From Candidatus Oxydemutator sp. (GTDB taxonomy: Bacteria; Pseudomonadota; Gammaproteobacteria; Poriferisulfidales; Oxydemutatoraceae): DNA of 64,000 nucleotides. The position numbers and the translations under genes are program-made. Location: positions 288,001-352,000 of the forward strand of contig OZ241883.1 of the NCBI GenBank assembly GCA_965203445.1. The letters run 5' to 3'. This document shows positions 19,282 to 29,139 of this stretch, piece after piece (within the stretch, counting starts at the first letter, position 1; every line of letters begins with the position of its first letter). Under the pieces are notes generated by a model. It saw nothing but the letters and a program-made list of their open reading frames with translations. It did no database searches and was not told the origin of the DNA.

Positions 19282-20150
19282 CGTCGCCGCACGACCCGTT
19301 CGCGTGCGATCTTCCAACCGTCGGCGGTGTCGCGCAGCAACAGATTTTTGGTCACGGTGCTGGCCAGCAGGTTGGAGCGATATTTCTGCACAAAGGTCAC
19401 GTTCGCCGAACCATCGTCGCGGCGCCGGACTTGCAAGCCTGAAATCTCTATATGGATGCTTTTGGGGCCCAGGATGCGGTCGCGGCGCTGCCGCTTCCAG
19501 GCCTCATGGTCGGTGCCGGAGCGCGGACGGTAATCGCCGGCGTAACTCGTGAAATAGTCGTCCAGATTCTTGCCGGCCCAGGCGCGCGCCCAGCGGCGCA
19601 CGCTGGCGACGATGGCCGCGTCGGCCTCCCGCGACGCGCGTGCCGGCGGCGCCGGTTCCTCGACCAGGGAGCTTTCGATTTCGGCCGCGGCCAACACCGC
19701 GTCCGCCGGCGTCGAAGGCGTCGCCGGCGGAGTCACGCGTTCGCTCCCGACCAGTTCATAGCGCGGCGCCGCGACTTCCATCGAATCCAGCGCCAGCGCG
19801 TTCTTATAGCCGCGCGCCGCGCGATACGCGTACAGCGCGCGCAGATTGCGGTGACCGGTGGCGATGACCGGGGCCGTCGCAATCGCCTTCTCGAACAGGC
19901 GCGCGGCGAGATCAAGGCGGCCTTGCCGGGCGGCGATGATACCGAGGTTGTTGAGTATGCCGGGGTCGTCCGGGTAGCCCTCCTCGAGTTGCTTGAACAG
20001 CCTGTGCGAAGCTTCGAGATCGCCGGCCTGGAACTTGTCGAGCGCCCGCCGGTAACGGGGGTCCTCGCTGACGTCGGCGGCGGCGGCGGCCAGCGCCAGC
20101 AGGCAGCCGGGCAGCAGCCACCGACAACCTTTTCTCGAGAGGGAATACAC
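19278..20150 (-). CDS. Exported TPR protein with NTF2-like C-terminal domain
   Basis: Signal peptide; TPR ([18 protein letters not shown]); WARAW...YFTSYA...WKIARE. Overlaps the L,D-transpeptidase start. Confidence 0.78.
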   Translation of the reverse strand: MYSLSRKGCRWLLPGCLLALAAAAADVSEDPRYRRALDKFQAGDLEASHRLFKQLEEGYPDDPGILNNLGIIAARQGRLDLAARLFEKAIATAPVIATGHRNLRALYAYRAARGYKNALALDSMEVAAPRYELVGSERVTPPATPSTPADAVLAAAEIESSLVEEPAPPARASREADAAIVASVRRWARAWAGKNLDDYFTSYAGDYRPRSGTDHEAWKRQRRDRILGPKSIHIEISGLQVRRRDDGSANVTFVQKYRSNLLASTVTKNLLLRDTADGWKIARERVVRRR

Positions 20151-20254
20151 GTCGTATTTTGTCGGCTTACCAGTGCTACCATATTATAGCCGCACGCGGC
20201 TGTGATAGTGTAACGAGATGTGCTCATCCCGTAATCTGGGCGCGGTGCGCTGAC

Positions 20255-21358
20255 GTGAAAATATACCGGGTCGGCGGCAGCGTGCGCGACGAACTGCTCG
20301 GACTGAGCGTCGGCGAAAAGGACTGGGCCGTCGTCGGCGCGACGCGCGAGCAGATGTTGACGCGGGGGTTCAAGCCGGTCGGAAAACATTTCCCGGTGTT
20401 CATCCACCCCGACAGCGGCGAGGAATACGCGCTCGCGCGCACCGAACGCAAAACCGGGCGCGGCTACCACGGCTTTTCCTTCGACGCGGCGCCGGTGGTC
20501 ACGATAGAGCAGGACCTGGCGCGCCGCGACCTGACCATCAACGCGATGGCGCGCGCCGCGGACGGGCGCCTGGTGGACCCCCACGGCGGCCGCCGCGACG
20601 TCGAGGCGCGCGTGCTGCGCCACGTCTCGCCGGCCTTCGTCGAGGATCCGGTGCGCATCCTGCGCACCGCGCGCTTTGCCGCGAAACTACACGACCTCGG
20701 CTTTGTCGTGGCCGCCGAGACGATGGCGCTGATGCGCACGATGGTGCGCGACGGCGAGGCCGACGCGCTGGTCGCCGAGCGCGTCTGGCAGGAGACCGAA
20801 AAAGCGTTGACGACGCCCCGTCCGTCGGTGTATTTCGACGTGCTGCGACGCGCCGACGCGCTCGCGCGCACGTTGCCGGAGATCCACGCGCTGACAAACG
20901 ACGACCGTCAGGCACTGCGCGCGCTCGACGACGCGGCGACGCGCCACCCGCCCGAGACCCTGCTGGCGTTGCTCGCGGATTTTGCGAAGCGCCGAGGGCT
21001 ATCGCTGATGCCGCTCGGCAAACGCCTGAAACTGCCGGGGCGCCATCGCCGCCTGATGGCGGCCACCGAGCGTTGGCTGGAGGCGCTGACCCGCGCCGAG
21101 GTCCTGGCGCGCGAGGATCTCCTCGACCTGCTGGAAGGCACGCGCGCGACGCACGACGGGCGGCGTCTCGACTCGTTGCTGAGCGTATGCTCCTTAGGGC
21201 GCGGCGCACCGTCGCCGCGCGGCGCGGCGCGTATCCGACGGGCGTTGCACGCGCTCACCGACGCGGACTTGCGCGCGGCGCTCGCCGACGCCGCCAAAAA
21301 AGACGACGTCAAAAGGCGCGTGCGCGAGCTGAAGCTTGCCGCGCTCACAGATATATAA
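20255..21358 (+). CDS. cca: tRNA CCA-adding nucleotidyltransferase (short form, HD domain not evident)
   Basis: [43 protein letters not shown]. Confidence 0.92.
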   Translation: MKIYRVGGSVRDELLGLSVGEKDWAVVGATREQMLTRGFKPVGKHFPVFIHPDSGEEYALARTERKTGRGYHGFSFDAAPVVTIEQDLARRDLTINAMARAADGRLVDPHGGRRDVEARVLRHVSPAFVEDPVRILRTARFAAKLHDLGFVVAAETMALMRTMVRDGEADALVAERVWQETEKALTTPRPSVYFDVLRRADALARTLPEIHALTNDDRQALRALDDAATRHPPETLLALLADFAKRRGLSLMPLGKRLKLPGRHRRLMAATERWLEALTRAEVLAREDLLDLLEGTRATHDGRRLDSLLSVCSLGRGAPSPRGAARIRRALHALTDADLRAALADAAKKDDVKRRVRELKLAALTDI

Positions 21359-22127
21359 AACCGAACAGCAGCGCGCCGAGCACGCAACGGTACACGACGA
21401 AGGGCAACATACCGACCCTTTCGACGAAACGGACAAACAGCCGTATCGTCGCCAGCGCGAACGCGGCGGCGACCACGAAGCCGAGCGCAAGCGGCAGCCA
21501 CTCCGTCGGCACCCGCGTCAGCTGCCACGTTTGCAACGCGGCGGCGGCGAGGATTACCGGGATCGCAAGCAGCAGCGAGAAATGCGTCGCGCGCTCGCGC
21601 GACAGACCGAGCAACAGCGCCGCCGTGATCGTGACACCGGTGCGCGAGGTTCCGGGAATCAGCGCCAGCGTCTGCGCGGCGCCGATCCACAGCGCGCAAC
21701 GCCACGTGATTTCGCGCACGTCGCCGCTGCGGCCGGCGTCGGCAAACCACAAGGCCAACGCGAAAAAGACGGTGGCCGCGGCGATCACCGGCGGTGCGCG
21801 CAGGTGCTCCTCGACCACGGTCTCGAAGGCAAATCCCGCCGCCAACACCGGCAACGACGCCACCGCGAGCGCCGCAAGCAGCCGCCGGTCTTCGGCGCGC
21901 CCCGGGGCGCGCGGGTGGCACGCGAGCAGCAGCGCCGCGAGCTGCGGCCGGTAATGCCAGACCACCGCGAACAAGGTGCCGGCGTGCACCATAACGTCGA
22001 AGGCGAGAACGTCGCCACGCGCACCCAGCGCCTCGTGCGCCAGCGCGAGATGTGCCGAACTCGACACCGGAAGAAATTCGGTCACACCCTGGATCAGAGC
22101 GAGAAGAATAACGTGGAAATTATCCAT
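21345..22127 (-). CDS. uppP: Undecaprenyl-diphosphate phosphatase
   Basis: [32 protein letters not shown]; multi-TM. Confidence 0.94.
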   Translation of the reverse strand: MDNFHVILLALIQGVTEFLPVSSSAHLALAHEALGARGDVLAFDVMVHAGTLFAVVWHYRPQLAALLLACHPRAPGRAEDRRLLAALAVASLPVLAAGFAFETVVEEHLRAPPVIAAATVFFALALWFADAGRSGDVREITWRCALWIGAAQTLALIPGTSRTGVTITAALLLGLSRERATHFSLLLAIPVILAAAALQTWQLTRVPTEWLPLALGFVVAAAFALATIRLFVRFVERVGMLPFVVYRCVLGALLFGFIYL

Positions 22128-22202
22128 GGTGCACAATACTTAAGGTAGTATTGGACCTCAAGTATAGCAGCCGCGACGCCGAGCTGCCGGCCAACGACCC
22201 GT

Positions 22203-22952
22203 ATGAACGAGCACACGAACGACGCCGACAAGACGGCGCTGATCACCGGCGCAGGTCGGCGCATCGGCGCGTGCATCGCCAAGACGCTGCACCGGGGCGG
22301 CTTCAACGTCGTGCTTCACTGCCGCCGCGCGCGCGCCGACGCGGACGCGCTGGCCACGGCCCTGAACCAAAAGCGCGACGACTCGGCGCACGTGCTGGCG
22401 GCCGACTTGCTCAGCCTCGAGGCGCTCGAGGACCTGGCGGACGCGGCGCGCGCGCGCTGGCGGCGCCTCGACGTGCTGGTCAACAATGCGTCGGTGTTTC
22501 GCGCGACCGCGCTCGACGAACTCGACGAGGCCGCCTTCGACGAGTTGATCGGCGTCAACCTGAAAGCGCCGTTGTTCCTGGCACGGCAACTGGCGCCGGA
22601 GCTGCGGCGGCGCGGTGGCTGCATCGTCAACCTGACCGACATCCACGCCGGGCGTCCGCTGCGCGGCCATCCGGTGTATTGCGCGGCGAAGGCCGGGCTG
22701 GCGATGCTGACGCGCTCGCTGGCGCGCGAGCTGGCGCCCGAGGCGCGCTGCAACGCGGTCGCGCCCGGCGCCATCCTGTGGCCGCGGGACGACGACGATG
22801 ACCGGCGCCGGCACGAAATCGTGCGCCGCACCGCGCTCGGGCGCACCGGCGATCCGGGCGACGTGGCGCGGGCGGTGGCGTTCTTAGTGACGGCCGAGTA
22901 CGTCACCGGACAGACGATTACCGTGGACGGCGGCAGGACCTTGCGCAACTGA
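22203..22952 (+). CDS. Pteridine reductase (FolM-like SDR)
   Basis: TGAGRRIG, LVNNASVF, YCAAK, VAPGAILWP. Confidence 0.85.
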   Translation: MNEHTNDADKTALITGAGRRIGACIAKTLHRGGFNVVLHCRRARADADALATALNQKRDDSAHVLAADLLSLEALEDLADAARARWRRLDVLVNNASVFRATALDELDEAAFDELIGVNLKAPLFLARQLAPELRRRGGCIVNLTDIHAGRPLRGHPVYCAAKAGLAMLTRSLARELAPEARCNAVAPGAILWPRDDDDDRRRHEIVRRTALGRTGDPGDVARAVAFLVTAEYVTGQTITVDGGRTLRN

Positions 22953-23063
22953 GTCGGGGCCTAGGCGAAACAGCGGGCGCCAATCGTTCCCGCCCCTCGC
23001 TGGTCCCGCCCCCGACGTCGGGGCCGGCACGCGGCAACGGCCGGCCGGGGCGGGTGCTCCAGG

Positions 23064-23426
23064 TTACGAGGCGGGGCGGGAGTCGGACTCGATGAAACAG
23101 ATGGCGACGTCAAAGGCCTCCTGATAAGCCTGGGTGACCCTGACCAGCAAAGCGGTCATCGGGTCGGCGGAGGTGGCAGTGCCGCCGGAAATCTGCTCCA
23201 GGTCGCTGCTTTCGAGCGCTCGCATGGCCTGGTAATCAGGCACGCAGACGTGCACTACGGCGGCGGTGTTCTGCACCGTGCGCACCTTCAGGGCGGCGTC
23301 GCGCACGTTGAGCGCCTTGGCGGGGTCGCTCTTGACCGCCGCCAGCAACGCCTTGTCGGCGGCGTATTTCTTCGCCAACAGCGCGGACACGACCTCGTTC
23401 GTCGCCGGAATTTGTATCGTCGTCAT
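23064..23426 (-). CDS. NHLP (nitrile hydratase-like leader) RiPP precursor peptide
   Basis: Leader with KSDPAKAL, VRTVQNT..VVHVCVP and LESSDLEQISGG double-glycine site, then a 38-aa core. GAGGAG RBS and a TACAAT -10 box lie upstream. Confidence 0.75.
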   Translation of the reverse strand: MTTIQIPATNEVVSALLAKKYAADKALLAAVKSDPAKALNVRDAALKVRTVQNTAAVVHVCVPDYQAMRALESSDLEQISGGTATSADPMTALLVRVTQAYQEAFDVAICFIESDSRPAS

Positions 23427-23586
23427 TGCATCTCCTCGGTGGTTTCAGGATTCTCGCGAACGTTCGTCGGCGCTACTCCGACTGAATTTCGTGCCGGGCG
23501 ATTGTAACACCGCCGGGTGCGCGCCACCCGCTGCCAGAAGCGATTGAACGGGGACTGCGTCCGCGGCCCCGGCGCGGCCGGCGGCG

Positions 23587-25443
23587 TCAGGCGCGACCGT
23601 CGTCTTTGCGGTGCGCGCGGCCGGCGATGGCGCTCAGCAGCGCGTCCGGCGTGCGCCGATGCCGGCGCAGCAGGCACCCGGAGAAATTGCCAGGCGTGCA
23701 TCCTTCCACCGGGCACCGCAAATCGTCTCTCCTGGCCAGCATTTCCCAGGCGTATTCGAGCGCGCGGTTGCGATCCCTGAAAAAATGATCGGCCCAGTCG
23801 GGGTTGGCGAAACCGCTGCGCTTGAAGGTGTTCATGACCGGCGTCGGCGTGCGTGCGAACAGCAGTTCGACGCCCAGCCCGACCAGCGTGCGCGCCAGCT
23901 GGTGCAGCATCTCCTCGCCGGTCGCGTCTATCTCGGTGATCGCCACCGCGTCCACGATGATGAACTTCAATTCCGGCTGGCTGGCGACGCGCTCGAGCAC
24001 GTGGTCGTGAAAGTAACCGGTGTTGGCAAAGAACAACGGCCCGTCGAAACGGATCACCGCGACTTTGGGGCATACCTTGAGGATGTGTCGCGCCGCGTCG
24101 CGCAGCGTGCCGTCCTTGTGTCTCGCCATGATCGTGATGGTCGGGCGCATCGTGCGGTACACGTACAGACCGAGCGACAGCAAAACGCCGGTCAGAATGC
24201 CGTTCTCCAGGTGCGGCGCGTAAAACAGCGTCACCGCGAAGGTGATCACCGCCACCACCGTATCGTGGCGCTGCACGCGCCACATGTATTTGAAGGGTTT
24301 GACGCGCACCAGGCCGGCGACCGCCAGGATCACGACCGCCGCCAGCGTCGGCTGCGGCAAGTGGTAGAGCAGCGGCGTCAGAAACAGCAGCGTCAACCCC
24401 ACCAGGGCCGCGGTCACCACCGACGAGAAGCCGGTCGCCGCCTTGGCGTCGAAATTCACCGCCGAGCGCGAAAACGACCCCGACACCGCGTAGCCCTGGA
24501 ACAACCCGGCGACGACGTTCGACAGGCCCTGGCCGATCAACTCCTGGTCCGCGTCGAGACGCTGGCGCGTGCTCGCCGCCATCGCCTTGGCGATGGAAAT
24601 CGCCTCCATGAATCCGATCAGCGCGATCGCGACGGCGACGCTGAACAGCTGCTGCACCGCGCCCAGGGTGAACGTCGGCATCTCGAACGACGGCAGGCCC
24701 TGCGGGATTACGCCGACGACGCGGCCACCGTGCTTCTCGAAGCCGAAGTACCAGGAGAGCAGCGTCGCCACGACGACCGCCACCAGGATGTTGGGCACGC
24801 GCGGCAGGTAGCGCTTCAGCAGTACCATCAGCGCGAGCGAAAGCACCGCGATGACCAGCGTCGGCCGGTGCGTGTGCGCGGCGGCGGCCACCACCGTGTC
24901 CCATACCATCTCGTAGTGATGCTCGGCTTTTTCGACGCCGACGCCGAAAATTTTCCCGAGTTGTGACGTCGCTATGATAATCGCGGCGGCGTTGGTGAAC
25001 CCGACCACGACCGGGTGCGACAGAAAGTCCACCATCATGCCGAGGCGCACGACGCCGAGCGTGAACTGGAACAGGCCGACCATCAGCGCCAGCAGTACCG
25101 CGTACGCAAAATAACCGCCGCTGCCGCTCGCCGCCAGCGGCTCGATGGCCGACGCCGTCAGCAGCGAGACGACCGCCACCGGCCCGGTCGCCAGCTGCCG
25201 CGACGAACCGAACAACGCCGCCACCGCGACCGGCAGGAACGACGCATAGAGACCGTAATACGAGGGCAGCCCGGCCAGTTGGGCGTAGGCCATGGATTGG
25301 GGAATCAGCACCAGGGCGACGGTGGTGCCGGCGATGACGTCGGCGCGCAGCGACCGCGCGTTGCGCAACTCGCCGATCCAGCCGGTAAAAGGCGTTACGT
25401 TTCGATAGAAACCAGAGAGCGTTTTTCTGAACTTTTTCGGCAA
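23587..25443 (-). CDS. SulP-family anion permease with STAS domain
   Basis: LIPQSMAYAQLAGLP..YGLY, GSSRQLATGPVA, QELIGQG, GSFSRSAVN, RFDGPLFFAN. Confidence 0.93.
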   Translation of the reverse strand: MPKKFRKTLSGFYRNVTPFTGWIGELRNARSLRADVIAGTTVALVLIPQSMAYAQLAGLPSYYGLYASFLPVAVAALFGSSRQLATGPVAVVSLLTASAIEPLAASGSGGYFAYAVLLALMVGLFQFTLGVVRLGMMVDFLSHPVVVGFTNAAAIIIATSQLGKIFGVGVEKAEHHYEMVWDTVVAAAAHTHRPTLVIAVLSLALMVLLKRYLPRVPNILVAVVVATLLSWYFGFEKHGGRVVGVIPQGLPSFEMPTFTLGAVQQLFSVAVAIALIGFMEAISIAKAMAASTRQRLDADQELIGQGLSNVVAGLFQGYAVSGSFSRSAVNFDAKAATGFSSVVTAALVGLTLLFLTPLLYHLPQPTLAAVVILAVAGLVRVKPFKYMWRVQRHDTVVAVITFAVTLFYAPHLENGILTGVLLSLGLYVYRTMRPTITIMARHKDGTLRDAARHILKVCPKVAVIRFDGPLFFANTGYFHDHVLERVASQPELKFIIVDAVAITEIDATGEEMLHQLARTLVGLGVELLFARTPTPVMNTFKRSGFANPDWADHFFRDRNRALEYAWEMLARRDDLRCPVEGCTPGNFSGCLLRRHRRTPDALLSAIAGRAHRKDDGRA

Positions 25444-25627
25444 GTCGCTACCACCGACGATGAACGCTTATAGTAACACGGGGCGGCGAGCGACTTTCAT
25501 TGCCACGCTACCCATGCCCTCATCCCCATAGGCTCCCATACCGGCCCGTGGGCTTTGCTGGAAAAAATCCACCCTTTGCTATACTCTGCACAATCCGCCA
25601 ATCACGGCGGCCAAAGGAGGAAACAAC

Positions 25628-25996
25628 ATGAGCTCACTATACGAAAGAATCGGCGGCGAAGCGGCCTTGGACGCGGCCGTGAACAAGTTCTATGAAAAGG
25701 TGCTGGCCGACGAACGCATCAAACATTTCTTCGAGGGTGTCGACATGCAACGCTTGGCGCGGCACCAGAAACGCTTCATGACCTACGCGATGGGCGGCGC
25801 ACCGGATTATCCGGGACAGACGCTGCGCGCGGCCCACAAGGGGCTGGTCGAGAACATGGGGTTGAGCGACGAGCACTTCGACGCGGTGCTCGAGGACCTG
25901 GGAGCGGCGCTGAAAGACCTGGGCGTCGCCGACGATCTGGTCGCGGAAGCGGCGGCGATCGTCGAGTCCACCCGCGGCGACGTGCTGAACCGCTAA
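25628..25996 (+). CDS. Group I truncated hemoglobin
   Basis: SLYERIGGE, FYEKVLAD..I.HFF, HQKRF, LRAAH, HFDAV; AGGAGG RBS. Confidence 0.93.
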   Translation: MSSLYERIGGEAALDAAVNKFYEKVLADERIKHFFEGVDMQRLARHQKRFMTYAMGGAPDYPGQTLRAAHKGLVENMGLSDEHFDAVLEDLGAALKDLGVADDLVAEAAAIVESTRGDVLNR

Positions 25997-26030
25997 CCGG
26001 CAACCAGCCCGGGCGCCCCGGCGGAGCGCG

Positions 26031-27065
26031 ATGGAATACCGAACCTTAGGCGATACCGACGTCGAAGTCAGCGTCATCTGTCTCGGCACGATGACCTGGG
26101 GCGAGCAGAACACCGAGGCCGAGGCGCACAAGCAGCTCGACTACGCGGTCGCGCACGGCGTCAACTTCATAGACACCGCCGAGATGTATCCGGTGCCGCC
26201 GAGACAGGAGACACAAGGGCGCACCGAGGCGTACATCGGCAGCTGGTTGCGGCGGCGCGACGACCGCGAGCGGCTGATCATCGCGAGCAAGGTATCGGGG
26301 CCGGGTATGCAGGACTACCTGCGCGGCGGCCCGCGGCTTACGCGCGACCACGTCGAGCGCGCCGCCGAGGCGAGCCTCGAGAGGCTGGCCACCGACTACA
26401 TCGATCTCTACCAGGTGCATTGGCCGGCGCGCCGCACCAACTTCTTCGGCAAGCTCGGCTATGCGCACGAGGATGACGACGACGCGACGCCGATCGCGGA
26501 GACCCTCGAGGCGTTGGGCGATCTGGTCGCGCAAGGCAAGGTGCGCCACGTCGGCATCTCGAACGAGACGCCGTGGGGGGCGATGGCGTGGCTGCGGGAG
26601 GCCGCGGCCCGAGGGCTGCCGCGCATCGTCGGCATCCAGAATCCGTACGGCCTGCTCAACCGCACGTTCGAGGTCGGCCTGGCCGAGATCGCGCACCGCG
26701 AGCGATGCGGGCTGCTCGCCTACTCGCCGCTCGGCTTCGGCGTGCTCAGCGGCAAGTACCTGGACGGCGGGCGTCCGCCGGGCGCGCGGCTTACGCTGTT
26801 CGACTACTTCACGCGCTACACCGGCGAGCGCGGCGTCGCGGCGACGCGCCGCTACGTCGAAATCGCGCGCCAGGCGGGCCTCGACCCGGCGCAGATGGCG
26901 CTGGCCTACGTCAACACGCGCCCGTTTCTGACCAGCAACATCATCGGCGCGACGACCATCGAACAGTTGCGCGACAACGTCGAAAGCGCGGCCACGACGC
27001 TGTCCGAGGACGTGCTCGCGGCCATCGAGCGGGTGCACGAGGAACTGCCCAATCCCTGTCCGTAA
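26031..27065 (+). CDS. tas: NADP(H)-dependent aldo-keto reductase Tas
   Basis: LGTMTWGEQNT, DTAEMYPVPP, DLYQVHWP.R.TN.FG, LLAYSPL, C-terminal PNPCP. Confidence 0.9.
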   Translation: MEYRTLGDTDVEVSVICLGTMTWGEQNTEAEAHKQLDYAVAHGVNFIDTAEMYPVPPRQETQGRTEAYIGSWLRRRDDRERLIIASKVSGPGMQDYLRGGPRLTRDHVERAAEASLERLATDYIDLYQVHWPARRTNFFGKLGYAHEDDDDATPIAETLEALGDLVAQGKVRHVGISNETPWGAMAWLREAAARGLPRIVGIQNPYGLLNRTFEVGLAEIAHRERCGLLAYSPLGFGVLSGKYLDGGRPPGARLTLFDYFTRYTGERGVAATRRYVEIARQAGLDPAQMALAYVNTRPFLTSNIIGATTIEQLRDNVESAATTLSEDVLAAIERVHEELPNPCP

Positions 27066-27103
27066 CCCGGGCGACCACGGGTCACGACGTCATTCTCCGC
27101 CAC

Positions 27104-28057
27104 GTGCCGGCGCCCTTCACCATTCGGCTGGAAACGGAGGCCGCCACCGGCGACGAGCGCTGCCTCGCAAGCATCGCCTTTCCGGACGACGGCGGCGGCC
27201 AGGCCGTCGCCACCGGACTGTCGCCGCTGGGCGACGACCGACGCTGCCAGAACTGGTACGCGCGTAAGCCGGTGCGCCACGCGCGCGCGGGGGCGCTGCA
27301 CTACGCCTACAATGACGAGCTGCTATTCGGCCACGTCCGGCTGGCGGGCGACGCGCGGCTGGAGTCCGAGGCCGGCGCCGCGTACCGCACGATTTTGCAC
27401 GTGCTCGAACGCCGCCGCATGGCGCTGATAAGAGCCTGGCATTACCTGCCGCGCGTCAACGAAGACTCGCGTTACCGCGCGTTCTGCCGCGCGCGCGCGC
27501 ATGCGCTCGGCGCGACCCCGCAATCGCGCTATTGCGCCGCCACCGTGATCGGCACGCGCGCGGCGCACGGCGTGCTCTATTTCCTGGCGGCGAAACAAGC
27601 CGGGGTCGCGATAGAAAACCCGCGCCAAGTCAGCGCCTACCGCTACCCGCCGCGCTACGCCGACCCGCCGCCGGCGTTCGCGCGCGCGACGCTGAAACGA
27701 TGGCAAGAGACCCGCCAGCTCCACGTCTCCGGCACCGCCGCCATCGTCGGCCACGAATCAACGCACGCCGGCGACGTCGCCGGGCAGTTCGGCGAGATCG
27801 TCTGCAATCTCGAGGCCCTGATCGAGGAGGCGGCGCGCGTGGAACCGGCCTTCGCCGGCGCCGGGGTCGCCGATTTTTCGCACTGCGTCATCTATCTCGA
27901 TCGGCGCGCCGACGACGGGAAATTCCCGGACGCGGCGCGTGCGCGTCTCGCCCCGCGCTCCGGGCAAACTCGATTGCGCCTGTTTTGCGGCGAGATGTGC
28001 CGTCCCGAGCTGCTGGTCGAGGTCGAGGGTCTGCTCGAGAAACAGGAACGCGCTTGA
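27104..28057 (+). CDS. FkbO/Hyg5/XanB2-family chorismatase (hydroxybenzoate-forming type)
   Basis: IENPRQVSAYRYPPRY, PAFARA, VSGTAAIVGH, MCRPELLVEVEG. Start is uncertain (GTG at 27104). Confidence 0.78.
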   Translation: MPAPFTIRLETEAATGDERCLASIAFPDDGGGQAVATGLSPLGDDRRCQNWYARKPVRHARAGALHYAYNDELLFGHVRLAGDARLESEAGAAYRTILHVLERRRMALIRAWHYLPRVNEDSRYRAFCRARAHALGATPQSRYCAATVIGTRAAHGVLYFLAAKQAGVAIENPRQVSAYRYPPRYADPPPAFARATLKRWQETRQLHVSGTAAIVGHESTHAGDVAGQFGEIVCNLEALIEEAARVEPAFAGAGVADFSHCVIYLDRRADDGKFPDAARARLAPRSGQTRLRLFCGEMCRPELLVEVEGLLEKQERA

Positions 28058-28149
28058 CCACCCGCGACGACGACGGGCGCGCCGCGGCCTCGACCCGTCC
28101 GTCGCTTCATTCGGCACAAAAACCCGACGACCCGCGCCAATAACCGCCG

Positions 28150-28965
28150 ATGCCCGAACTGCCCGAAGTCGAGACGACGCGCCGCGGTCTTGCGCGGCAC
28201 CTGACGGGGCTTGGCATCCGCGACGTCGTCGTGCGCGAAAGGCGGCTGCGCTACCGCGTGACGCCGGGGCTGCGCGCCAGGCTGCGCGGGCGGCGCATCG
28301 CCGCAATCGGCAGGCGCGGCAAATACCTGTTGCTGTATCTCGACCGCGGCTGTCTGCTGTGGCATCTCGGCATGTCCGGCAGCCTGCGCGTAACCGACGC
28401 CGCCAAAGCCGCGGGCAAACACGACCATCTGGATCTGGTATTCGGCGGCGGCGCGGTGTTGCGCTTCCGCGATCCCCGCAAATTCGGCTTCGTGCTGTGG
28501 AGCGCGCGCGAACCGCTTGGCCACAAACTGCTCGCCGGCCTCGGCCCGGAACCGCTGGGAGCGGACTTCGACGGCGACTACCTGTACGAAAAATCACGCG
28601 GGCGCCGCGCGCCGGTCAAGCATTTCATCATGGACGGGCGCGTCGTGCCCGGCGTCGGCAACATCTACGCCAACGAGGCCCTGTTCAAAGCCGGCATACG
28701 CCCGGCGCGCGCCGCCGGTCGCGTCTCGCGGCGGCGTTACCAAGTGCTGGCCACGGCCATCCGCGACGTGCTGAAACGGGCAATACGCAAAGGCGGCACG
28801 ACGCTGCGCGACTTCACGAGGGACGACGGCCGGCCCGGTTATTTCGGCCAGACGCTTGCGGTGTACCAACGCGCGGGCGAAGCCTGCCCCGCGTGCGGCG
28901 GCGCCATCCGCACCCATATCCTCGGCCAACGCTCGACGTTCTACTGTCCGCGCTGCCAGACCTGA
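28150..28965 (+). CDS. mutM: Formamidopyrimidine-DNA glycosylase
   Basis: MPELPEVET, HLGMSG, GVGNIYANE, C-terminal Zn finger CPAC...CPRCQ. Confidence 0.98.
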   Translation: MPELPEVETTRRGLARHLTGLGIRDVVVRERRLRYRVTPGLRARLRGRRIAAIGRRGKYLLLYLDRGCLLWHLGMSGSLRVTDAAKAAGKHDHLDLVFGGGAVLRFRDPRKFGFVLWSAREPLGHKLLAGLGPEPLGADFDGDYLYEKSRGRRAPVKHFIMDGRVVPGVGNIYANEALFKAGIRPARAAGRVSRRRYQVLATAIRDVLKRAIRKGGTTLRDFTRDDGRPGYFGQTLAVYQRAGEACPACGGAIRTHILGQRSTFYCPRCQT

Positions 28966-29132
28966 GCGGGCACGAACTCAACTCTCGAGAAACTCCCCAG
29001 AAATTGCCCCAGACTCTTGAAATGTGAACTGTCGGCACCGGACACGACTATCAGGTTCTTTACCGGCGCACGCGGCAGAAAACGCTTGTCATACAGATGT
29101 ACAAGCTCCCGCTTCAGTGTTGAGAATGCCAT
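28966..29132 (-). pseudogene. 5' remnant of a lower-GC gene, possibly a GT-A-like glycosyltransferase
   Basis: Short ORF (LIVVSGADSSHFKSLGQFLGSF) that runs into the 3' end of convergent mutM. GATAAT-N6-ATG start. Lower GC than its flanks. Confidence 0.35.
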
Positions 29133-29139
29133 CGGAGTA

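Noticed and set aside
23010-23023. Perfect 14-bp palindrome CCCCGACGTCGGGG between convergent genes
   Set aside because: Single GC-rich copy with no U-tract; may be a weak terminator or chance.
26573-27103. Apparent long N-terminal extension or fusion of the chorismatase overlapping tas
   Set aside because: Low-complexity alternate-frame read of tas. Homology begins only after the tas stop.
29090-29132. IS3-family transposase fragment (FSTLKRELVH resembles the integrase-core motif)
   Set aside because: Only about 10 residues match, they sit at an ORF start, and there is no other transposase sequence or terminal inverted repeat.
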